Source: a virus
Lineage: Duplodnaviria; Caudoviricetes
Direction: 5' to 3' (one strand)
IMG/VR virus record: IMGVR_UViG_3300036820_000022
Coordinates: 1 to 58,220 of that record
Length of the DNA stretch: 58,220 nt
Part shown: positions 8,885 through 18,354 of the stretch, in pieces
Layout: every line of letters starts with the position of its first letter
Numbering within the stretch: the stretch's first letter is position 1
Position numbers and translations under genes: made by a program
The notes under the pieces: model-generated
What the model saw: the letters and a program-made list of their open reading frames with translations, nothing else
Database searches by the model: none
What the model was told of the DNA's origin: nothing

Positions 8885-9706
8885 TTGCCGCTACCATATG
8901 AGAAATTCTATCCTAAAGAATGGGAGGGCGACGCGCAGTTAATGTCGTGCTCCCTATCCGCGCGCGCTCTGTGGCGCCACATGCTCAACACTATGCGCGA
9001 AGCTGAGCCTTTCGGATTCTTTATCGGTCGCGCCGGCGAGACGATCGATCTCGTGCAATGGTCGAAGCGAATCAACGCACCACTGCGCGAAGTCCGCCAT
9101 GGAATCTCCGAGCTTGAGAGTAAACATGTTTTTTCGCGCGACGTCCTCGGCCGGATCTTTTCGCGCCGACAATTACGGGAAGTCGCTAAGTCGCTTGACG
9201 CCTTCGAGAATGGAAAAATGGGCGGCAATCCGGCCCTCCTTAGCGCCGAGGACCTTAACCAAGGGGTTAAAGGTGAGGTTAAGCCACTGGATAAGGCGGG
9301 GGTTAAGCCCGTGCGCGGGGGACTAGATACTAGATTACTAGATACTAGTTCGGACTCACTACGTTCGTCCGCGCTCGCCTTCGGGTCATGGCCCCAAAAA
9401 ATGGATCGGCTCCGGGCGCTCGCCCTAATCTTCATCGCCGAGTTCGCGAACTGCCGCGACGCGACCAAAGCGGAAAAATACGTCGGGGCCTACACCGGCT
9501 ATCTCGCCGCCATTCGCGGCCGCGGCTTGTCGATCGAGCAGGCATGGCAAGCCTGCACCGATGCGCGCGATGCCTGCGGCGGCCGGCCGCTCTTCGCCGG
9601 CTCCGTCCGGACGGCTATAAACTTTCTCCCGACGCGCGAGACCCCAAATAGCGACACGGCCGGCGAGTCGCCATCTGCCCGCTATCGCCGGGTGCAAGGG
9701 CTGTGA
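8885..9706 (+). CDS. Phage replication initiator (lambda O-like position)
   Basis: KFYPKEW..D..LMSCSLSARALW N-terminus, internal iteron array, followed by a DnaC-like gene. Confidence 0.8.
   Translation: MPLPYEKFYPKEWEGDAQLMSCSLSARALWRHMLNTMREAEPFGFFIGRAGETIDLVQWSKRINAPLREVRHGISELESKHVFSRDVLGRIFSRRQLREVAKSLDAFENGKMGGNPALLSAEDLNQGVKGEVKPLDKAGVKPVRGGLDTRLLDTSSDSLRSSALAFGSWPQKMDRLRALALIFIAEFANCRDATKAEKYVGAYTGYLAAIRGRGLSIEQAWQACTDARDACGGRPLFAGSVRTAINFLPTRETPNSDTAGESPSARYRRVQGL
9253..9348. repeat. Putative replication origin (iterons + AT-rich repeats)
   Basis: Hexamers with 12-bp period: CCTTAA 9253, GGTTAA 9265, GGTTAA 9277, GGATAA 9289, GGTTAA 9301; then ACTAGAT x3 + ACTAG at 9322..9348. Confidence 0.75.
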
Positions 9707-10461
9707 TCCACGTGAGCGAGATCGATCCGATGCCCGAGATTCGGGAGCGCATCGCGGCGCGCCAAGCCCTGCCGAACCCGCGGGTTGCTGAGTTCGAAGC
9801 GCGTGAGGCGCAGCGGATCCAGCGTGAGCGCGAACAGCGCCGGAGCCGCCTGCGCCTATCGAGCGGCGTCCCAAAAATGTTCGAGGCCGCAGCCATCGAG
9901 CGCGTCGACGTCGTGCCTGGGAACTCAGACGGCGTGCACGCGGCGGCGTTTGTCGTCGAGCAAAGTTTCAAGGCGAGCCTCGCGCTGCACGGTAGCGATT
10001 CCGAACGCGGGCAGGTCGGAAATAGCAAAACGACCTTGGCCTGCGCGATCGTGAATGCCGCGACCGAGCTGCTGATCCCCGCAAAGTTTACACGTGCATG
10101 CAGCCTCTTCGACGATTTTCTCGAGGCGTCGAAGTACAGCAGCGACGAGAGCGTTGTCGAGATTCAGCAACACCTGTCGCGCACCAACGTGCTTGTCATC
10201 GACGATCTCGGCCGCGAGCGATTGAACAAGTTAACGCTGCCGTGGCTGTACGAGCTGCTCGATCGCCGGTGGGCTGAATGCCGCCCGCTGATCGTAACGA
10301 CCAATCTAAGTTTCGACCAGCTTTACGAGCGCTATGCTGCGGCTTGCAAGGCATCCGGCGAACCCGATTCGACCGCCAACGGCATCGTCGACCGCCTCCG
10401 TGGCCTTATCCCGATCGACCGTTGGGTGCAAGTCACTGGACAGTCGCGGAGGGGCCGATGA
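9703..10461 (+). CDS. DnaC/IstB-like AAA+ helicase loader
   Basis: GQVGNSKTTLACAI (variant Walker A), VLVIDDLGRE, LLDRRW, IVTTNL, DRL. Confidence 0.9.
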   Translation: MIHVSEIDPMPEIRERIAARQALPNPRVAEFEAREAQRIQREREQRRSRLRLSSGVPKMFEAAAIERVDVVPGNSDGVHAAAFVVEQSFKASLALHGSDSERGQVGNSKTTLACAIVNAATELLIPAKFTRACSLFDDFLEASKYSSDESVVEIQQHLSRTNVLVIDDLGRERLNKLTLPWLYELLDRRWAECRPLIVTTNLSFDQLYERYAAACKASGEPDSTANGIVDRLRGLIPIDRWVQVTGQSRRGR

Positions 10462-10622
10462 CCGACGTAAAGCGCGCGCTGCGTATCGACCGCGCGAGCC
10501 GTCGCGATGGCACGTGCAGGGTGTGCGGCCTAACACGTACCGTCTTTGCCGTCGTGCTCCCAAACAGTGTCCATGCGTGGTGCTGCGAGAGCTGCGCGGG
10601 CGACTGCGAGGCAATGCCGTAA
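10458..10622 (+). CDS. Small zinc-ribbon protein
   Basis: CRVC...CCESC; ATGA overlap and GGAGG RBS. Confidence 0.55.
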   Translation: MTDVKRALRIDRASRRDGTCRVCGLTRTVFAVVLPNSVHAWCCESCAGDCEAMP

Positions 10623-10623
10623 A

Positions 10624-11139
10624 ATGGCAATTGACGTCCACTTCTCAAGCAAGGCGCTAGATTGGGAAACGCCGCAAGCCTTTTTTGATACGGTAAACGC
10701 GGAGTTCGACCTGCAATTGGATGTGTGCGCGACTCCCGCGAACGCAAAGCTGCAAGCGTTCTTTACGCCCGCTGAAGATGCGCTAGGGCGTAAGTGGTCC
10801 GTCGCGTACGGAATAGATGACCTTGGCGGCTGCGCAGTGCCGCTTCCCGCGCGCTGCTGGATGAATCCACCGTATGGTCGCGAGATCGGAAAGTGGATGA
10901 AGAAGGCGTACGAAGAAAGCCTGATGGGCGCGCTTGTTGTGTGCCTTGTTCCCACGCGAACTGACACCGCCTGGTGGCACGACTATGCGGCGAAAGGCGA
11001 GATCCGATTCGTGCGGGGCCGCTTGAAGTTTGGCGGCAGCAAATGGAACGCCCCGTTCCCGTGCGCCCTGGTAATATTCCGGCCGCCGTATGAGATTTGG
11101 ACGAACGGGCGCGATCTATTCTCTGAGCCAGTTCAATGA
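10624..11139 (+). CDS. Phage N6-adenine DNA methyltransferase (phage Dam family)
   Basis: WETPQ, FDLQLDVCA, WMNPPYG, LVPTRTDTAWWH, RFVRGRLKF. Confidence 0.92.
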   Translation: MAIDVHFSSKALDWETPQAFFDTVNAEFDLQLDVCATPANAKLQAFFTPAEDALGRKWSVAYGIDDLGGCAVPLPARCWMNPPYGREIGKWMKKAYEESLMGALVVCLVPTRTDTAWWHDYAAKGEIRFVRGRLKFGGSKWNAPFPCALVIFRPPYEIWTNGRDLFSEPVQ

Positions 11140-11390
11140 CGATACGCGAGCTACAAATCGGCGCCGATCGCCTCGAACGCTTGCCGTGCCCCGCGTGTTG
11201 CGGCGGCGGACGAGTTGCCGGCGGCCGAAGCTGGGGCCGAGGGATAAGCGATATGCCAATGAGCGTCGGTCCGTGCTTACGCTGCGACGGCAGCGGTTTT
11301 GAAAGCGCGGCGGACTACCGCGACCGCGTGCTCTCGTACTTCACCGGCGGCAACCGCGCGAACATCGCCAGTGCGTTGGAGGCAATGTGA
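11136..11390 (+). CDS. CxxCxGxG zinc-finger protein
   Basis: CPACCGGG and CLRCDGSG (DnaJ-type zinc motifs). Confidence 0.6.
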   Translation: MTIRELQIGADRLERLPCPACCGGGRVAGGRSWGRGISDMPMSVGPCLRCDGSGFESAADYRDRVLSYFTGGNRANIASALEAM

Positions 11391-12232
11391 ACGGGCCGCT
11401 GCGCGATCTAACGCAGGCGCTCATCGCGTACCGCGGTTGGCACGTTATGAACGGCAGGCTTACGGCATACGGAGTAGGACCGAGAGTGTGGCCGACGTTC
11501 AAGCCGTTCAGTGCCATCTGCGAGTCTCCAAACCATACGACTGTTCCGCACGACGCGCCGCATATTGGCTGTACTTGTGGCCTCTACGGCTTCGCGGACG
11601 AAGCAACGCTTATGCAGGTATTAGGTGCTACAGTTCTCGGGCGTGTTGCGCTGTGGGGCCGCGTCGTCGTTTGTGGACTGTGCCATGTTGGCGGCGGATG
11701 CGTCTGCACAATGGTGCCACCGGAGGGCCTAAAGAAATCCTGCCCGGGCGTCCGCATTCACGGCTACCGCGCAGAGTACGCATATCCGCAAGTGCTCTAC
11801 TACGTAAAGACCCCGAGCCTAGATAACAAGAATCGCGTCCGTGAACTGGCTGCTACTTACGGAATCGACGCCGTACCGATGCCAGACAGGCTTAGCAATC
11901 CTTGCGACTTTGTTACATTCGGCGCGACGCGTAGGTATCTGATGCCGCAGCGCACGGGCGCTGCCATCAGCGCGCAAATGGCCGGAATGGCGCCTATCCT
12001 TGTCAATGAAAAGGAGCAAATCCCGTACTCCAACTTTAAGACGTCCTTCTCGAAGTTAGCCGATTTCATACTTGGCGGATTCCCAGCGCTGAGAATATGC
12101 TTAAAATGCACGCACCGTAAGGCGACGCATTACCTCGGGAAATCATGCCTAGCTCACACGGACTACAACGAAAGAGGCCGCCGGGACTGGTGCCCGTGCG
12201 AGCGATTCGAAGAGTCGCACGCCGATGGCTGA
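11387..12232 (+). CDS. Conserved hypothetical protein with His/Cys motifs
   Basis: AYRGW...AIC..H..PH..CTCGLYG...GRVALWGRVV...GYRAEYA motif set; extra C-terminal Cys/His finger. Confidence 0.7.
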   Translation: MNGPLRDLTQALIAYRGWHVMNGRLTAYGVGPRVWPTFKPFSAICESPNHTTVPHDAPHIGCTCGLYGFADEATLMQVLGATVLGRVALWGRVVVCGLCHVGGGCVCTMVPPEGLKKSCPGVRIHGYRAEYAYPQVLYYVKTPSLDNKNRVRELAATYGIDAVPMPDRLSNPCDFVTFGATRRYLMPQRTGAAISAQMAGMAPILVNEKEQIPYSNFKTSFSKLADFILGGFPALRICLKCTHRKATHYLGKSCLAHTDYNERGRRDWCPCERFEESHADG

Positions 12233-12359
12233 AATCGGCGAAGGCATCGAGACGATCGAGATCAAGCCTGCGGATATCCCGGTGCCCACGCGGATGCCCG
12301 CGCTGCCGACGCGCGCGCCCGAGTTGGTTCCCGTTGCACCTGCGGAGATTGCGAAATGA
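12225..12359 (+). CDS. 44-aa Pro-rich acidic peptide (not in ORF track)
   Basis: MAEIGEGIETIEIKPADIPVPTRMPALPTRAPELVPVAPAEIAK; fills the gap and overlaps both neighbours. Confidence 0.6.
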   Translation: MAEIGEGIETIEIKPADIPVPTRMPALPTRAPELVPVAPAEIAK

Positions 12360-12530
12360 TGGCCGAGCAACTCTCCGACGTTCTCGCGGCGCTGTGCATC
12401 ATGGCGCTGGTCGGGCGCACCGTTAACGCCGCAAACAAAGCCGTTTCCCCAACCCAGGCCGCGCGACGTCGCTCCATTCGGCGCGCGGTCGAATCTTCAC
12501 CGCTCGCTCCGCGCGAGCAGAAAGCACAGC

Positions 12531-13079
12531 ATGGCACGCACCAAAACTAAGACCGCAGAGCTCAAGCCCGACCTCGTCGCCGGGATGGAAGTTATAATCG
12601 TTCGCGAGGGCTCGACAAAGGGACAGATCGGCACGATTGCCGAGGTCGACCACGAGGATAGCCAGGTCCGGCTTTCGCAGTGGGGCTGGCTGCCGTTCGA
12701 CGCCGTCGAGTCGATCGCGACCTCGGCGCAAGCCCCGCAAAGCCGCAACGGCACTGTTGACGGCGAAGACGCGAAGCTCGTCTTTGATGGCGGCGCCGGC
12801 GCTCCAACCGGAGACGAGCCGATGATCAAGCCCGCGCTCGACGACCTGGTCAAGTCGCTGGCCCGCGCGCAGATCAAACGCGCCGAGTGCGCCGTAAAAA
12901 AGAAAAAGGCCAACGAGGACTTCCAGGAAGCGGATGGGGTCTTCGACGCGATCGCCGCTGAGATCGTCGAGCATTACGGCAACGTCGAGCAGCTGCGGAT
13001 GCAGTTCGGCGCGACCGAGTCCGACGGCGAGGAAGCGGCAGAAGAAGAGCGCGAGCCCGTCGGCGCCGGCGTCGAGTAG
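12531..13079 (+). CDS. Hypothetical protein (SH3/KOW-like N-terminus, acidic C-terminus)
   Basis: GMEVIIVREGSTKGQIGTIAEV resembles KOW; good codon usage. Confidence 0.65.
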   Translation: MARTKTKTAELKPDLVAGMEVIIVREGSTKGQIGTIAEVDHEDSQVRLSQWGWLPFDAVESIATSAQAPQSRNGTVDGEDAKLVFDGGAGAPTGDEPMIKPALDDLVKSLARAQIKRAECAVKKKKANEDFQEADGVFDAIAAEIVEHYGNVEQLRMQFGATESDGEEAAEEEREPVGAGVE

Positions 13080-13307
13080 ATGCGCCGCTTCCAACCGCCC
13101 AACGTCCGCGCGCGCATCATGGAGTTGCTTTCCGATGGCAAGCCGCGGTTAACCCAAGAGATCGCCGACGAAATCCACACACGCTTCGGGTTCTCAATTC
13201 TCACGGTGCGCGCGGAAATGTCGCTCGTCGCTTGGCTGCGCTACATCGACCGCGTTCGGATCGGCAAAACGTGGCAGTATTGGCGTAACGATATCGAGGC
13301 GCGGTGA
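13080..13307 (+). CDS. Winged-helix DNA-binding protein
   Basis: RIMELLSDGKPRLTQEIA...TVR...IDRVRIGKTWQY. Confidence 0.6.
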   Translation: MRRFQPPNVRARIMELLSDGKPRLTQEIADEIHTRFGFSILTVRAEMSLVAWLRYIDRVRIGKTWQYWRNDIEAR

Positions 13308-13519
13308 CGGTCGCGACCGCGGGCTGCGCGGTTTGCGTTGCCAAGGGCGACGTCCGCGCGGCCTCGTCGCACCAGCCGCAGCGGCGTTGCCCGTCGTGCC
13401 GCTCCGCGCTCTGTAACACCCACTCACGGCGGTATTGCCGCAGCGATGGCAAGTGGGGCCGCGTCTGCGGGATTTGCCACACGCATCTGCACGACGAGCA
13501 GTTTCGGGGGGTGGGGTAG
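13304..13519 (+). CDS. Cys/His-rich zinc-finger protein
   Basis: CAVC, CPSC..LC..H, CGIC. Confidence 0.5.
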   Translation: MTVATAGCAVCVAKGDVRAASSHQPQRRCPSCRSALCNTHSRRYCRSDGKWGRVCGICHTHLHDEQFRGVG

Positions 13520-13521
13520 CG

Positions 13522-14304
13522 ATGAGCGACAAGAGTAAGATCCAGTGGACTGACGCCACGTGGAATCCAGTTACGGGCTGCACGCAAATCCCGGGCGCGC
13601 ACGGAGGCCCTAGTGGGTGCGACAACTGTTACGCAAAGCGGCTGATCGACACGCGCATGATGGCGAACCCCAAGAGCAGCCGGTACGGCCATCCGTTCGA
13701 AGATGTGATGCTGCATCCCGATCGGCTAGATCAGCCGCTGAAGTGGAAAGAGCCGCGCCGGATCTTCGTCAACTCGCTGAGCGATCTGTTTCACCCCGCA
13801 ATCCCGAGACAGTTCCTTTTTGAGATCTATCTCAGAATGGTGAAGGCCGAGCGCCACACCTTCCAAGTGCTGACGAAGCGGCCGGAACGTGCCAAGAAAA
13901 TGATTCCGCGTGCGATGAATGCGTGCGCGTTTTACGACTGCGAGCTGCTTAGCGATCCACCGGAGAACGTCTGGCTCGGCACGTCGATCTCCTCGATGGC
14001 CGACGCGTGGCGCGCTGAGGCTTTACGAAAGACGCCGGCAGCGGTGCGCTTCCTTTCGCTCGAGCCATTGCTAGGTCCGATCGCGCCTGAAGTACTTCGA
14101 GGTGTCGATTGGGTGATCGTCGGCGGCGAAAGCGGACCCAGATGGCGACCGATGGATCTCGAGTGGGCTCGCGAACTGCGAGCGTACGCAGGCGGCGGAT
14201 TCGGCATCCCGTTCTTCTTCAAGCAGATCGCCGCCATGCGGCCTACCGACGACATGATCCCCGATGATCTGCGCATCCGCGAGTATCCGGAGGCAGGGGC
14301 GTAA
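13522..14304 (+). CDS. Phage Gp37/Gp68 (DUF5131) radical-SAM-like protein
   Basis: IQWTDATWNPVTGC..GCDNCYA, IFVNSLSDLFH, FQVLTKRP, FLSLEPLLGP, WVIVGGESG, FFFKQ. Confidence 0.93.
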   Translation: MSDKSKIQWTDATWNPVTGCTQIPGAHGGPSGCDNCYAKRLIDTRMMANPKSSRYGHPFEDVMLHPDRLDQPLKWKEPRRIFVNSLSDLFHPAIPRQFLFEIYLRMVKAERHTFQVLTKRPERAKKMIPRAMNACAFYDCELLSDPPENVWLGTSISSMADAWRAEALRKTPAAVRFLSLEPLLGPIAPEVLRGVDWVIVGGESGPRWRPMDLEWARELRAYAGGGFGIPFFFKQIAAMRPTDDMIPDDLRIREYPEAGA

Positions 14305-14486
14305 TGAAACTCTTGCTTATCGCGGCGCTGCTCGTCGTCGCTTCGCCTGTGCCGTCACCCGCGCCATCCCCGACGCCGCACCACTGGCGCTGCATCGGCG
14401 ACCCGTTCGACGCTGACCTCGGACCGATTGCGTGCTGGAAGATCACGCCGTCGCCGAGTCCCAAGCCGAAGCCAAGCCCACGATGA
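14304..14486 (+). CDS. Small secreted Pro/Ser-rich peptide with a Cys pair
   Basis: MKLLLIAALLVVA signal; PSPAPSPTP and PSPSPKPKPSP repeats. Confidence 0.55.
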   Translation: MKLLLIAALLVVASPVPSPAPSPTPHHWRCIGDPFDADLGPIACWKITPSPSPKPKPSPR

Positions 14487-15037
14487 CTGTAACGCTGCTC
14501 TCGCGGCACAAGGAAGAGCGCAAGACCGTCCCAGTGATGTGCGTCGAGCGCCTCACCGAGAATATCCGCTGGGACTGTGGCGAAAATCCGGTATGCCACG
14601 GGACGCCTTACGGCTTCGCATGTCATCATAAGGCGCAGTTCGTCGTCTACGCCCTGGGTGCAAAGCGCGCGCGCCTTTATTGCAGCAACTCGCAATGTCT
14701 AGCCGAGTCCTTGAAGTGTCGCCTGCCACGCCCCGCTGGCGAGGCAGAGCAGATCGAGGTTAAGCAGATTGAAGAGATGCGGCAGAGAAAAGCGATCGCC
14801 GACGCCAAGAAACAGCACGACGAAGCTGGCCGATGCGAAGCTCATGCACGCACGCTTTCCGGGCACTGCGAGCGGCTGCCAAAATTCTTCGTAGAGAACG
14901 GCCGCGACGAACCTGCGAGGCTTTGCTCGCATCACACGGTGCGTTACCGAAAGCGTACGGTCGTCTGCCGCCAAGGGGTCGGCATCATCGAGCGTCCGCG
15001 CAAGATCGAGCCAATCCTGCACGCCGTGAATAACTGA
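14483..15037 (+). CDS. Cys/His-rich hypothetical protein
   Basis: ATGA overlap; multiple C..C and C..H motifs. Confidence 0.55.
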   Translation: MTVTLLSRHKEERKTVPVMCVERLTENIRWDCGENPVCHGTPYGFACHHKAQFVVYALGAKRARLYCSNSQCLAESLKCRLPRPAGEAEQIEVKQIEEMRQRKAIADAKKQHDEAGRCEAHARTLSGHCERLPKFFVENGRDEPARLCSHHTVRYRKRTVVCRQGVGIIERPRKIEPILHAVNN

Positions 15038-15052
15038 GAAAAGGAGACCAAA

Positions 15053-15340
15053 ATGCACGATTTCAACCCCCGGCTTCGCGACGGGCTCCACTTCTTCGAA
15101 GAGGCGAAGAAACTTACGAACGAGTTCTTCAAGACGCACCAGCGCGACGAAGGCCGCGCTCTCTGCGACGAGGCCGACCTCGAAGGCCAGTACCTCACCG
15201 GCGCGCACGATGCGCAAAAGCACGCGTTGCGGCCTGAAGCGATCCACGCTGCCATCGACGCGTACGAAAAGACCGGCGGCATGAGGCACGCGATCGATGC
15301 TGCGCTCGGAAAAGTTGAGCAGCCCGGCAACGGCTGCTGA
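15053..15340 (+). CDS. Hypothetical protein
   Basis: Strong RBS AAGGAG; biased codon usage. Confidence 0.7.
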   Translation: MHDFNPRLRDGLHFFEEAKKLTNEFFKTHQRDEGRALCDEADLEGQYLTGAHDAQKHALRPEAIHAAIDAYEKTGGMRHAIDAALGKVEQPGNGC

Positions 15341-15367
15341 TTCACCACACTACTGAGAAAGGAACCC

Positions 15368-15532
15368 ATGGAAACAGCTATCGAGTTCTTCGAAAAGGTC
15401 GTCGGCCGACCGCCAAGTCCAGCCGAGGAAGCCGGAAACGTCTCGCTGCCGGTGTTGCTCATGCTCATCGACGCGAAGGTGATTCCGCCGAAGGAAGAAG
15501 TCGTCTCGGAAAATCCGGGCTCGGCGAAGTAA
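15368..15532 (+). CDS. 54-aa hypothetical protein (not in ORF track)
   Basis: METAIEFFEKVVGRPP...; RBS AAAGGA; TAATG overlap with the next gene. Confidence 0.6.
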   Translation: METAIEFFEKVVGRPPSPAEEAGNVSLPVLLMLIDAKVIPPKEEVVSENPGSAK

Positions 15533-15993
15533 TGAGTAGCGATCGCGCCGCAGCCGTGCAGGCTGACGTTCAGGTTGCGGCGCCGTCGCGAGCCATTCTC
15601 CATTTTTGCGTTTGGCGGCCGCCGGTATCGACGAATGCGCAGTATAAGCGCGTTACGTTTCAGCGCCGCGTCAAGGGTAAGATTCAGACAGTAAACGCCT
15701 TGAGCAACAGCGCGGAGGCCGCGGATTTCAAGGATGCCGTGCGCGCCCATGCGATTGTTGCGACGCAGCGCGCCGCGTGGCCGAAGCCCGAAATCGTGCA
15801 GCACGTGGCCGTCAAGATCGTCGTTTGGAACACGAAGCACGATTGCTCAGCGGCCGAAAAGCTGTGCCTCGATGGAATGGAAGGCGTCGTTTACGCGAAT
15901 GATCGCGTCGCGCATCCGCGACTCAACGATATCGACTCCGACGGCGGAAAGCCTCGCGTCGAGATCGTCGTCGAGTTGCTGAGGGCGTCGTGA
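15532..15993 (+). CDS. RusA-like Holliday junction resolvase
   Basis: PPVSTN...D....K...DG..G.VY.ND..V...PRVEIVV. Confidence 0.75.
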   Translation: MSSDRAAAVQADVQVAAPSRAILHFCVWRPPVSTNAQYKRVTFQRRVKGKIQTVNALSNSAEAADFKDAVRAHAIVATQRAAWPKPEIVQHVAVKIVVWNTKHDCSAAEKLCLDGMEGVVYANDRVAHPRLNDIDSDGGKPRVEIVVELLRAS

Positions 15994-16202
15994 AACTATT
16001 ACGAACCTTTATTCTCGCGCTTGCAATGCTGCCGCTCTACACTGCACTGCACCTTTGCGGGCAGTGGCGCGCAGCCGATAGACTCATTGACTGGTGGAAA
16101 GCGTGCATTCTGAAGCAGCCCGACGCGCTGCTTCGGCAAATAGTAAACGAGATGCTGATGAACGGGAAAGCTGCGGTGCTTGTGAAGGCGTGGCTGGAAT
16201 GA
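15990..16202 (+). CDS. Hypothetical protein
   Basis: GTGA overlap with the rusA-like gene. Confidence 0.45.
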   Translation: MKLLRTFILALAMLPLYTALHLCGQWRAADRLIDWWKACILKQPDALLRQIVNEMLMNGKAAVLVKAWLE

Positions 16203-16251
16203 CCCCGCTCTCTTCCCCCATAGTAGAGCCCCCCTTACTGCTGGAGCAAAG

Positions 16252-16914
16252 ATGAGTAGGCCGCGATTGCTGGATTTATTCTGCGGCGCAGGCGGCTGCT
16301 CTGTCGGATATGCTCGCGCTGGCTTCGAAGTGGTTGGCGTTGACATCAAGCCACAACCGAGATACCCGTTCCCTCTTAGCTTTCTAGAGTGGAATGTCTT
16401 AGATTTGCCACTTTTTATATTTAATGATTTCGATGCAATACACGCCTCGCCGCCCTGTCAAAAGTTTAGCGTAATGTCCAGGTCGAATCCAGGAACAGCC
16501 AACAAGTATCCGGACCTTATAGAGCCCATTCGCGAACGATTGCGGGCCAGCGGTAAGCTATACATCATCGAGAACGTCCCAGGCTCGCCGTTGATAAACC
16601 CCACGTTGCTCTGCGGGCAAATGTTTGGGCTGGACTTGTTCCGCCACCGCCTCTTTGAAACGAGCTTCGCATTGCCGTTTATGCTTCACTCGCACGCGAA
16701 GGTGGGCAGCGCCGCGGGGCAGCACGCTGGAAATGGCGGTTGGCAGCCGGGCCGCATTATCTCAGTCGCAGGCAACTGCGCGCCGATCGCAGAGGCGAAG
16801 CGCGCGATGGGGATTGACTGGATGCGCCGCGACGAACTCGCTGAAGCTATCCCGTCGGCGTACACGCAATGGATTGGCGAGAGATTACTTACTGCGTTAG
16901 GGAGGGCTGCATAA
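16252..16914 (+). CDS. Compact C5-cytosine DNA methyltransferase-like protein
   Basis: LDLFCGAGG (motif I), HASPPCQ (IV), IIENVPG (VI), RHRLF (VIII). Confidence 0.85.
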   Translation: MSRPRLLDLFCGAGGCSVGYARAGFEVVGVDIKPQPRYPFPLSFLEWNVLDLPLFIFNDFDAIHASPPCQKFSVMSRSNPGTANKYPDLIEPIRERLRASGKLYIIENVPGSPLINPTLLCGQMFGLDLFRHRLFETSFALPFMLHSHAKVGSAAGQHAGNGGWQPGRIISVAGNCAPIAEAKRAMGIDWMRRDELAEAIPSAYTQWIGERLLTALGRAA

Positions 16915-17342
16915 TGCAATCGCCACTAGGTGCTCGGGAACTCCAGGAGATTGAGGAACGCGCTTCAAGGGCGACGGTAGGACCGTGGGTTGCCGAGATT
17001 TCGCCGGATGGAACCGTAGCGATGGTGGACCACGCCACGTTGCGCTCAGACGAGGCCGATGAGCCTCTAATTATTGCCTCGTGTGACGTTGCCGGAAACC
17101 TCGACAACGATGCAGTTTTCATTGCGGCGGCGCGAACCGACGTACCGCGATTGCTGGCTACGATCCGCTCCCTCCAGCAGCCGGTAACCGATGAAGCGTT
17201 GAACGACGCGGTGCGCGCCTTCGTTAACTACGGCAGAGTACACGCCGACGAGCGCGACGTTATGCTTAACGCGATGCGCGCGGCCCTCGAAGCAGCCTTC
17301 ACCCTAAGCCAGCGCAACGCGCAAGGAGAGAAACTACAGTGA
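16914..17342 (+). CDS. Ead/Ea22-like protein
   Basis: LQEIEERASRATVGPW...DAVFIAAARTDVPRLLATIR. Confidence 0.7.
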   Translation: MQSPLGARELQEIEERASRATVGPWVAEISPDGTVAMVDHATLRSDEADEPLIIASCDVAGNLDNDAVFIAAARTDVPRLLATIRSLQQPVTDEALNDAVRAFVNYGRVHADERDVMLNAMRAALEAAFTLSQRNAQGEKLQ

Positions 17343-17454
17343 ACGATTACCGCCAGCCGTTGTTTACCATTCGCGGCTGGAACACGCTATTCGGGCAACC
17401 GCCGCCACTGTGGACGCGGGCCGCGGCGTACAACGCAACAGGAGGCTACGAAGG

Positions 17455-18189
17455 ATGAGTGACCCCAAGCCGGAGGCCCTAACGGATGCGGAGTACGCGC
17501 GGTTCGTTGCGACGATGTGGGCTGCACCCGCCGACGCGAACTGGGACCGGGGCTCACTCCTCGTTCTCTGCGATACTATCGACGCCGACCGTCAGCGCAT
17601 TGCAGCGTTGGAGTCCAGTATCGCAGCGGGATTGGCGCTCTGCGAAGAATGGATAGACGGCAACGATAACGCATGTTCGGCAACTACTGTCGTCGCCATT
17701 CACGCAGCCCTTCTCTGCGAGGGCGATGGAGCCTCCCCAAAGTCCCTGCTCGCTGAACCTTATAAGGCTCCCGCAGATTTAGACTTAACGAAGCCCATTG
17801 TTCCAAGAAAGCCGCCGGTGGGACGCAGAGGCACGGAGTTTTGCCAAACGTGTCATGGACGCATCCAGGTGCGGTGCGCTAAAGGCTGCACGCAGTACAA
17901 TGAGCCGTCTTTTCCCATGAGCGGCGGTAACGCTATCGACCACACGGCGCTGATTGCGCGGTTGAGAGACGACGCGTTCGCAACGCCCGTACGATTCCCG
18001 ATAAAACGTAGCGCCGTTCTCGCAGCCCACGCCATCGAGGAATGCGACTCCATGCGGAAGGCGCTGATAGCGCTGTGTGACGGAGGCCCGAACGGCGCGT
18101 ATCACGGGCGCTACAGTTACGACATGGATGCCTTCATCGAAAAGGTTCGCGCCATCATCGAGGGTGGCGGAAAGGTTCACGATGAGTAA
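17455..18189 (+). CDS. Mosaic hypothetical protein
   Basis: RBS GGAGG upstream; composite segments including a CxxC pair. Confidence 0.5.
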   Translation: MSDPKPEALTDAEYARFVATMWAAPADANWDRGSLLVLCDTIDADRQRIAALESSIAAGLALCEEWIDGNDNACSATTVVAIHAALLCEGDGASPKSLLAEPYKAPADLDLTKPIVPRKPPVGRRGTEFCQTCHGRIQVRCAKGCTQYNEPSFPMSGGNAIDHTALIARLRDDAFATPVRFPIKRSAVLAAHAIEECDSMRKALIALCDGGPNGAYHGRYSYDMDAFIEKVRAIIEGGGKVHDE

Positions 18190-18219
18190 ACGGACGCCGA
18201 GCGGGTGCGACTGCGGGCA

Positions 18220-18354
18220 ATGCCGAGAGTTAAGCTGTGGGGCTACCGCTGCGAGCGGTGCGATCACGAATGGATTCCCCGTGACAAAGAGCAAGAGCCA
18301 AGGGTCTGCCCCAAGTGTAAGAGTCCATACTGGAATACGCCCCGACGCGCATAG
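18220..18354 (+). CDS. 44-aa zinc-ribbon protein (not in ORF track)
   Basis: MPRVKLWGYRCERCDHEWIPRDKEQEPRVCPKCKSPYWNTPRRA. Confidence 0.7.
   Translation: MPRVKLWGYRCERCDHEWIPRDKEQEPRVCPKCKSPYWNTPRRA

Noticed and set aside
9322-9348. ACTAGAT tandem repeats as CRISPR-like or novel repeat
   Set aside because: Short tandem repeats without spacers, next to iterons within the rep gene; consistent with an ordinary lambdoid-type origin.
13617-13634. GCGACAACTGTTACGC as another copy of the GTAACACNTGTTAC palindrome
   Set aside because: Degenerate left half, and it encodes the conserved CDNCYA motif of the radical-SAM protein; likely coincidental.
10624-16914. Two methyltransferases plus radical SAM as a restriction-modification or hypermodification system
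   Set aside because: No cognate restriction enzyme, genes are not adjacent, and all three are common orphan genes in phage early regions.
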